Source: Desulfosoma sp.
Lineage (GTDB): Bacteria; Desulfobacterota; Syntrophobacteria; Syntrophobacterales; DSM-9756
Assembly: GCA_037481835.1 (NCBI GenBank)
Contig: JBBFKW010000007.1
Coordinates: 96,314-110,004, forward strand
Length of the DNA stretch: 13,691 bases
Reading direction: 5' to 3'
In this document: positions 8,224-13,691 of the stretch, piece after piece
Numbering within the stretch: the stretch's first letter is position 1
Layout of the letters: each line of letters begins with the position of its first letter
Made by a program: the position numbers and the translations under genes
The notes under the pieces: generated by a model
The model's input: only the letters and a program-made list of their open reading frames with translations
What the model was told of the DNA's origin: nothing
Databases searched by the model: none

Positions 8224-8850
8224 TCAGGGAAGGAGGGGAAGATATTTTTCCGCGTCCTCGTACCTTTTGAGCGCCAAGAGCACTTCGACCAAAGCGGGGA
8301 CGGTTTCCTGGCGGCGGATCCCGCGGTCCACCAGTTCCTTTAAGATGCGCGCGGCCTCAGGCAGGCGATCCAGCCGAAGCAGGGCGTAAGCCAGCCCCAT
8401 GCGGGACTCTTCTGCCACATCGGGGGGCGTTTCCCGGTGGGCCAAGTCCTGGAAGATTTCCGCGGCCTTCTTGTAATCCCCCTGGTTGTAATATCCCCAT
8501 GCCAGAGTCAGGCGCGTACGGTGAATGTCCAGGGTGGGAGCTTGAGAAGCGGTTTCGGAGGGCGGTTGATCCGGCAGGGTCCTTTGCCGCTCCCGGGTTG
8601 TGGGTTCGGGCGGAAAAGGAACGGAGGGATATCGGGGTGCAATGAGGTTGGATTGGGTAGTTTTTTCCACGGAGAGCAAAGATGCCTGGTTGGATTCCTG
8701 CGCCGCGGCCTGTCCATCGTCGAGTTCCTGTGCCGCGGCGGCCGTCCACAGCAAGAGGCAGCCGATCAGAAAGGTCCAGGCCTGAGGGAAGGCCGAATGG
8801 ACACGAAACAGCTGCGGGCGCGGCATTCCGGTAAACGGGCTCTTGGGCAT
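8224..8850 (-). CDS. Small exported TPR-repeat protein (signal peptide, Pro/Gln/Thr-rich linker, about 3 TPR-like motifs)
   Basis: Hydrophobic stretch WTFLIGCLLLWTAAAA with an AxA cleavage site, a low-complexity linker, and TPR-like LAWGYYNQGDYKKAAEIF, MGLAYALLRLDRLPEAARIL and LVEVLLALKRYEDAEKYL. GGAGG lies upstream of the ATG at 8850. Confidence 0.8.
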   Translation of the reverse strand: MPKSPFTGMPRPQLFRVHSAFPQAWTFLIGCLLLWTAAAAQELDDGQAAAQESNQASLLSVEKTTQSNLIAPRYPSVPFPPEPTTRERQRTLPDQPPSETASQAPTLDIHRTRLTLAWGYYNQGDYKKAAEIFQDLAHRETPPDVAEESRMGLAYALLRLDRLPEAARILKELVDRGIRRQETVPALVEVLLALKRYEDAEKYLPLLP

Positions 8851-8868
8851 GGTCGAGGAGCCTCCCGG

Positions 8869-9918
8869 CTATGGTGTTTGCATGGAAACTTGGCTGAGCA
8901 GGTAGAGGCTGTTGGAATAGTAGTCGTTCTCTTCCAAGGCGACTTTTTCTTGAGCTCGAGCCTGAAGCTTTCGCGCCGTTTCGGAGCGGTCCAACACCCG
9001 GGCGACCTGGGCCCACACGGCGTAAAAGCCCCCGGGGGCTTCGTCGAGAGAAAGCGCCGGATCCTGCAGTTCCACCCATACCGGCATCGTCCCGGTTTTA
9101 TCGAACCAATCCAGCACCGGCGTCCACGTGCGCAGCACTTCGCGATTTTCAACCCACGAGAGATACAAAAGGGTCCTAATGGCCTCATAGCCGAACCGCG
9201 AGCTTCTTTCCCGGTAAATGTCGATGCGGTCATTCAGGATGATGATCCAGTCGGCGGGAACGTTCCACGAGGTGCGGCGGGCCTTGTCCAAGAGTTTCAA
9301 TCCCCCGTGGAACACTTTGTCCCACAAAGGGCCGTCGTCATGACGCGAGAACATCTTCAGGGCCGGATACACGTAATACGACGGATTGACCACGATCCCC
9401 CGGTCGCTGACGAAGCCGTAATACCCGGGCAACAGGACGGCGAAGTCTCGGGTTTCCACGATGAGGTGGTTCTTGATGTCCTGGATAAGAGCTTTGGCCG
9501 CCGCCAGCCATTCCGGCCCGTTCCACCGTTCGTGGGCCTTGAGCAGAGCGAATGCGACGAGCAGATCGCCGTCCGTAGCATTGTTCAAATCCAAAACATT
9601 CCACGCGCCATTGGGTCTTCGGCCCCAGGACCAGGCGAGCAACCGGTCTTTGCCGCGAACCTGGAGGTTGTTCTGCGTCCAGCCCCAAATCTTTTGGAAA
9701 GTGGGTTTATCGTCCGCGGCAAGGGCGAGGATCAGGCCGTAGCCTTGTCCTTCCGAATGGCTCATGTCTTTGTTGGCTCGATCGATGACCCGGCCGTCCT
9801 CGCTGAGAAAGCGCGCCTTATAGGTCTGCCAGGTCATGATGTCCGCCGCCCGAACCTGCTGAAGGCCCACGACCGCAAAGGCCAGCACGGCAAAAACAGC
9901 GCTAAGGGTTCGATACAC
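8869..9918 (-). CDS. bcsZ: Glycoside hydrolase family 8 endo-1,4-beta-glucanase BcsZ
   Basis: GTG start 7 nt after GGAGG and a signal peptide. GH8 motifs DGRVID, SHSEGQGYGL (catalytic acid), LLAWSWG, NNATDGDLLVAFALL, VNPSY, RFGYEAIR and DYYSNSLYLL. Position between bcsB and bcsC fits. Confidence 0.93.
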   Translation of the reverse strand: MYRTLSAVFAVLAFAVVGLQQVRAADIMTWQTYKARFLSEDGRVIDRANKDMSHSEGQGYGLILALAADDKPTFQKIWGWTQNNLQVRGKDRLLAWSWGRRPNGAWNVLDLNNATDGDLLVAFALLKAHERWNGPEWLAAAKALIQDIKNHLIVETRDFAVLLPGYYGFVSDRGIVVNPSYYVYPALKMFSRHDDGPLWDKVFHGGLKLLDKARRTSWNVPADWIIILNDRIDIYRERSSRFGYEAIRTLLYLSWVENREVLRTWTPVLDWFDKTGTMPVWVELQDPALSLDEAPGGFYAVWAQVARVLDRSETARKLQARAQEKVALEENDYYSNSLYLLSQVSMQTP

Positions 9919-12196
9919 TCAGTCGCCTCCGGCGGTATCGTTTGAGCATGCGGTAGATAATGAAACTCAGGAGAGCCAAGGCCGCGAGCACTGTAAGAAA
10001 GAAGGCCCAGGGGTATGTGTAAACGAAAAAGTCCAGTTTGGTCAACGCAGTGAGGGATCCAACCCGGTAGGTGGGGCCGACGTGCAGGCTTTGCACCTCG
10101 GCTGTGCCGTTGTCCCAGGAGATCAGGGCCATGTCTCCCCGACATGCCCCTTGCGTGTCGAATGCCCACAAGGCCTTTGCGGCCTTCGCGGCAACCCCTG
10201 TGTCATGTGCGGTCAGCACAAGCAATGTGCGGTCTGCAGTTCCGGGAAGCCGGTATTCCATCAAGGCGGCCCGCTGTTTCGAAAGACCACCGGATTGTTC
10301 CGTCTGGGCGAATCGGACCTGAGGCGTTGCGTGGAGGCTCTTGGAGCGTCCCCACAGTTGGCGCGGCCATCGGGCGACCCCCCAGGTGCCTTCCGGGGCC
10401 TCTCCGGTGGGCGGCGCAGCGACCGGATAAGAAGCCCGGATCGTGTCAATCAAATGATACGGGGCCGGGTCCAGAAGATCTTTGGGCAGAGCGTCCAACG
10501 ATCCCACGGCGATGACGTCGGAGGACGGCGTGCCGCCCCAAGTGTCCCATATGCGCAATCCGAACGGCGCGTAGCCGATCTTTTGGCTCATCAGGGCTAA
10601 AAGATTTACGGCCGTTTCCACGGCGGCGAAATCCGCTTGGGGCATGAAGAGGATCGTTTCCCTGGCGTCTGGGAATTTGGCGAAGGGGAAGCCGTCCTTG
10701 AAAAACAGGCTGAGCTCGGGCAAGGAGGCCCAGTGGGAAATGTTGGGCACATGAAAGGTGGAGTCGTCAAAAACGGTCAAAAGCAAGTGCCCCGTCTGGA
10801 TGAGGGTGCATTCTCCGGTGACCAACGGCGTGAGAACCGCGTGGAAAGCCAATTCGTTGTCCCCGGGTCGCAACAGATAGGTGGGAAAACTGATCCGATA
10901 CGCTTCATAATGCCCGCCGTTCTTATCCTTCAGCGGAATGGATGAAAAAAACTTTCCATTCAGAAAAAGGCCTAGGACGGAATCCTCGCGCATGCCGGCG
11001 CTGTAGGCCACATGCAGGGACAGGGTGGCGTACTTGTGCGGCTTGATCAAAATGTCCGACGGTAATCGGAATCGAAGAACCGACGGTGCCGGCTTGTAGC
11101 CCTGAAACGTGACGGTCTGGAAGCCAAGGTTTTGAAAAGTGTAGGTCTGATCGAACCGGAGCATGCCAGGAGCCTCATAAGGATCCAGCGTGGGCACCTT
11201 GAGATCCTTGACCATCGTGGCTGCCGTGTCCGGAAATGGAAAGGACAGGACAGCGAGGCTCTGCACCGCTCGAGACACCGCATCGTCGTTCGGGCCGCTC
11301 ACGATGATGAGAGCGTGCGTGGGATCCGTAGCCTCGTCTGACGGAAGCCCGGTGATCAAATCGGCCGGCATGTGCCGCACTTCCAGGTAGGCCTCTGGCG
11401 TTTTCGGCGCTTTTTCTCCCAAAATTTTCCGGACGAAGGCCTCAGATCCTACCAAAATATTATCCCGCCCGGGCACAAGGTGATCGGATACGCTGAATTC
11501 CACCGGCCGATAGGCAAAGCGCAGGGCCGCGGCTGAGGCGGCCAGCACAGCCCGCATTGCATCGCTGCGGGATGGCGATTCAACGAGCACATGGATCTTT
11601 TCGGGAAGAGGGATTTTGGGATCGAAGACGAGGTCCGGCAGTGCACTCAAGCGAAGCGGCAAGGGCTTGAGGGATACCGTCCAGTCCAAAAAGGCTTCGT
11701 CCAGCTTAAGTGTCGTCCACAGCTCCGGTGCCGTGGGATCTTCACAATCCAGCACGTAATGTTGTGTGACTTTGAAGACAAGATCATTATAGCCGGGTTT
11801 GAGAAGATGGACAGGAAGCCGGACGGACACCTTTCCCTCCGGGGACAATGGATCGAGGACAATCTGAGCCAGAGGGTGCTGGTTCAATTCCACGATCAAG
11901 CGCGAGTTCTGGCGAAGGAGCGCCGTGGAATTCACATAGGAAAACGTTAGCACCGCCTCGTGAACATCCCACCTTTTAGGAACGGGCAGACTCACGTCGA
12001 ACCCACTATAGGCCCCTTGCATTTTGTAGGTGGACACGGGGACCAAGTTCGGCAGGGGGATCCTCAGCTTCACGGGTTCCGCTCCCTGGGAAGCCCAGGC
12101 GATCCCTGCAAGCATTTGCCACATGAGAGCGCAGGCGAAGATGCCTGCCGTGCGCTTTACAAGGCCTCTGTGTGCTTTTTGAATCGCCGCATCCAT
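9902..12196 (-). CDS. bcsB: Cellulose synthase periplasmic subunit BcsB
   Basis: Signal peptide ending AWA-SQ. Two jelly-roll/flavodoxin-like repeats (LLKPGYNDL..QHYVLDCEDP..ELWT; LLRPGDNEL..GEC; LPELSLFFKDGFPF). C-terminal TM anchor YPWAFFLTVLAALALLSFIIY followed by basic RMLKRYRRRR. Lies directly after bcsA. Confidence 0.92.
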   Translation of the reverse strand: MDAAIQKAHRGLVKRTAGIFACALMWQMLAGIAWASQGAEPVKLRIPLPNLVPVSTYKMQGAYSGFDVSLPVPKRWDVHEAVLTFSYVNSTALLRQNSRLIVELNQHPLAQIVLDPLSPEGKVSVRLPVHLLKPGYNDLVFKVTQHYVLDCEDPTAPELWTTLKLDEAFLDWTVSLKPLPLRLSALPDLVFDPKIPLPEKIHVLVESPSRSDAMRAVLAASAAALRFAYRPVEFSVSDHLVPGRDNILVGSEAFVRKILGEKAPKTPEAYLEVRHMPADLITGLPSDEATDPTHALIIVSGPNDDAVSRAVQSLAVLSFPFPDTAATMVKDLKVPTLDPYEAPGMLRFDQTYTFQNLGFQTVTFQGYKPAPSVLRFRLPSDILIKPHKYATLSLHVAYSAGMREDSVLGLFLNGKFFSSIPLKDKNGGHYEAYRISFPTYLLRPGDNELAFHAVLTPLVTGECTLIQTGHLLLTVFDDSTFHVPNISHWASLPELSLFFKDGFPFAKFPDARETILFMPQADFAAVETAVNLLALMSQKIGYAPFGLRIWDTWGGTPSSDVIAVGSLDALPKDLLDPAPYHLIDTIRASYPVAAPPTGEAPEGTWGVARWPRQLWGRSKSLHATPQVRFAQTEQSGGLSKQRAALMEYRLPGTADRTLLVLTAHDTGVAAKAAKALWAFDTQGACRGDMALISWDNGTAEVQSLHVGPTYRVGSLTALTKLDFFVYTYPWAFFLTVLAALALLSFIIYRMLKRYRRRRLSVSNP
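9926..9930 (-). promoter_or_regulatory. Shine-Dalgarno GGAGG for bcsZ, embedded in the bcsB 3' end
   Basis: Minus strand reads GGAGG-CGACTGA-GTG, a 7-nt spacer to the GTG at 9918. Confidence 0.6.
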
Positions 12197-13691
12197 AAGT
12201 TTGCCGTTATCCTCCGTGTTCTGTCCGCCATGAGAACGAATATCCCGACCAAGCTTCTAAAGGATTTTCGAATACCGGTTTCCAGCAAAAGACCGTACCC
12301 GCGCCACAAAGCCATGTAATCTTGCGGCCTCGATTCCCACAGACGCCGCCACCGCTCACTGTCGCCGTAAATGAAGCCCACCACTTGGGAAAACTTTTCC
12401 GGCGTGTCTAGAACCCAGGCACACCCCACATGTGCGCTCCCCCTCGATTCGGCTCCGACCCCATCGATGCGGAGGACTCTCACCCCGAGCCGATAGACTC
12501 TCCGCGCGCTGTCCTCGGCTTCCAACACCAGCACATCCCCTGCATGCAGCAGTTCTGCGTACTCGGCGGAAATTCGCAGCCCGGCGCCGCCCAGAGACAG
12601 GTCCACGACCTGGGCAGGCAGAGCCCGGCCGTCTGGAAGGGCGAGCGCGGCCTCTTCGCGGGTGAGGACCCGGTGATGGCGGCGCCACTGATGCATTTCC
12701 CAGACGGCTCCCAGGCACAGCAGAATGATCCCTAAGTTGTAGAGGTTCCAGAACGAACAGATGGCGATGACGTCCCGCTCCAGCGGGTACATTGTCCATC
12801 GCTGCACGGCTGCCGCTATGCCCAAGAGGGCGAGAGCCAGCATGGCATAAAACGGATAAGCCAAGGGGCTTAGAAAATCGGCGTTAAGGCTGCGCCCTTT
12901 CGGGGTGACCCGGAACTGGGGGGATCTGGGGTTTTTCAGCGTGGAAAAGATCGCCGGCAGCAGATAAAGACTCTGGACGGTTTCGAAAAACTCGGAAAAC
13001 AGAGTGTGCCGCACCGTTCCATAAAGATAGTGGGCACCCAGGGTAGAGCCCAGAAGATGGGGAAGGGCGTACGCGAGGACTTGGACGACCGAGGCATTGT
13101 AGACCCGAAGTCCGAAGAACAGATACGCCAGCGGCGCCAGGAAGAAAACGATTCGCGCCAGGCCGAAGAACCAGAACAAACACGAATTCAGATAGCACAG
13201 TCTTTGACTCAGGCTCAGCCCTTTGGTGAAAAGCGGATTCTTCAGGAGCAGGATCTGGATCATGCCCTGAGCCCAACGCGTCCGTTGGAGGATAAAATCG
13301 TCAAATGTTTCCGGGGACAGCCCGCATACCATGGGACGGCTCACATAGACGCTCCGATACCCCCGGCGGTGCAGTTCCAAAGCGGTTTCCGCATCCTCGG
13401 TGATGGTTTCCCCACGGATCCCGCCCAGTTCCATGAGGGAGGATCGGCGCATGAGGGCGGCGGAGCCGCAGAAAAAGGAGGCGTTCCAAAAATCAAGGCC
13501 GAGATGCACCCGGCGGTAAAACATTTCGTTTTCCGCCGGGAACACCCTGTGAATGCCCAGGTTTTTTTCCACGGGACTGGGATTGATGAAAAAATGGGGC
13601 GTCTGAACCAAAAACAATTTTTCGTCTTGGAGGAAATAGGGCACGGTTTGTTTAAGAAAATCCCGGGTAGGCACGTGGTCGCAGTCGAGCA
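12157..13691 (-). CDS. bcsA: Cellulose synthase catalytic subunit BcsA (GT2 plus PilZ), 5'-truncated by window edge
   Basis: Frame is open to the window end and reads LDCDHVP (DxD), QTPHFF, FFCGS, TITEDA (catalytic TED), QRTRW (QxxRW) and the gating loop FRVTPK. PilZ motifs RRHHR (12670-12684) and DLSLGG (12586-12603) are present. Confidence 0.97.
   Translation of the reverse strand, partial: LDCDHVPTRDFLKQTVPYFLQDEKLFLVQTPHFFINPSPVEKNLGIHRVFPAENEMFYRRVHLGLDFWNASFFCGSAALMRRSSLMELGGIRGETITEDAETALELHRRGYRSVYVSRPMVCGLSPETFDDFILQRTRWAQGMIQILLLKNPLFTKGLSLSQRLCYLNSCLFWFFGLARIVFFLAPLAYLFFGLRVYNASVVQVLAYALPHLLGSTLGAHYLYGTVRHTLFSEFFETVQSLYLLPAIFSTLKNPRSPQFRVTPKGRSLNADFLSPLAYPFYAMLALALLGIAAAVQRWTMYPLERDVIAICSFWNLYNLGIILLCLGAVWEMHQWRRHHRVLTREEAALALPDGRALPAQVVDLSLGGAGLRISAEYAELLHAGDVLVLEAEDSARRVYRLGVRVLRIDGVGAESRGSAHVGCAWVLDTPEKFSQVVGFIYGDSERWRRLWESRPQDYMALWRGYGLLLETGIRKSFRSLVGIFVLMADRTRRITANLWMRRFKKHTEAL

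Noticed and set aside
8203..8226. TPR gene plus bcsC as one frameshifted or broken bcsC pseudogene
   Set aside because: The downstream ORF starts with its own clear signal peptide and a plausible SD (GGGGTG), which indicates two genuine genes.
8851..8868. Possible SD-sequestering hairpin (GGAGGCTCCTC) before the TPR gene
   Set aside because: Only a 3-4 bp stem with a very small loop; too weak to claim.
8437..9945. 502-aa plus-strand ORF
   Set aside because: Antisense shadow of bcsZ and the TPR gene with no recognisable motifs; long shadow ORFs are common in GC-rich DNA.
1..13691. CRISPR arrays, tRNA/rRNA, IS elements, tandem DNA repeats
   Set aside because: None seen. The window is almost entirely coding, with intergenic gaps of about 21 bp or less.

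Overview
GC-rich bacterial window with two convergent, tightly packed gene blocks. Gene content suggests an anaerobic Desulfobacterota-like host; this is an inference. Plus strand (1-3785): the 3' part of an HrpA-type DEAH RNA helicase, overlapping by ATGA a CoA-pyrophosphatase-like Nudix hydrolase whose Nudix box is split by about 36 extra residues. Minus strand (13691 to 3792): a cellulose synthesis/secretion cluster made of bcsA (5'-truncated, GT2 plus PilZ), bcsB, bcsZ (GH8), a small secreted TPR protein and a short bcsC. It runs with no intergenic room into three genes not typical of bcs operons: a DUF1232-like membrane J-domain co-chaperone, an Fe-S-binding protein and a DUF2007-DUF3786-like fusion. 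The most notable points are this possible extended 8-gene bcs operon, the stand-alone TPR protein that aligns without gaps to the BcsC N-terminus, a Rhodobacter-like BcsA paired with a BcsC porin, and the interrupted Nudix box. No RNA genes, CRISPR arrays or mobile elements were recognised. All family assignments come from motif recognition by eye, not database searches.
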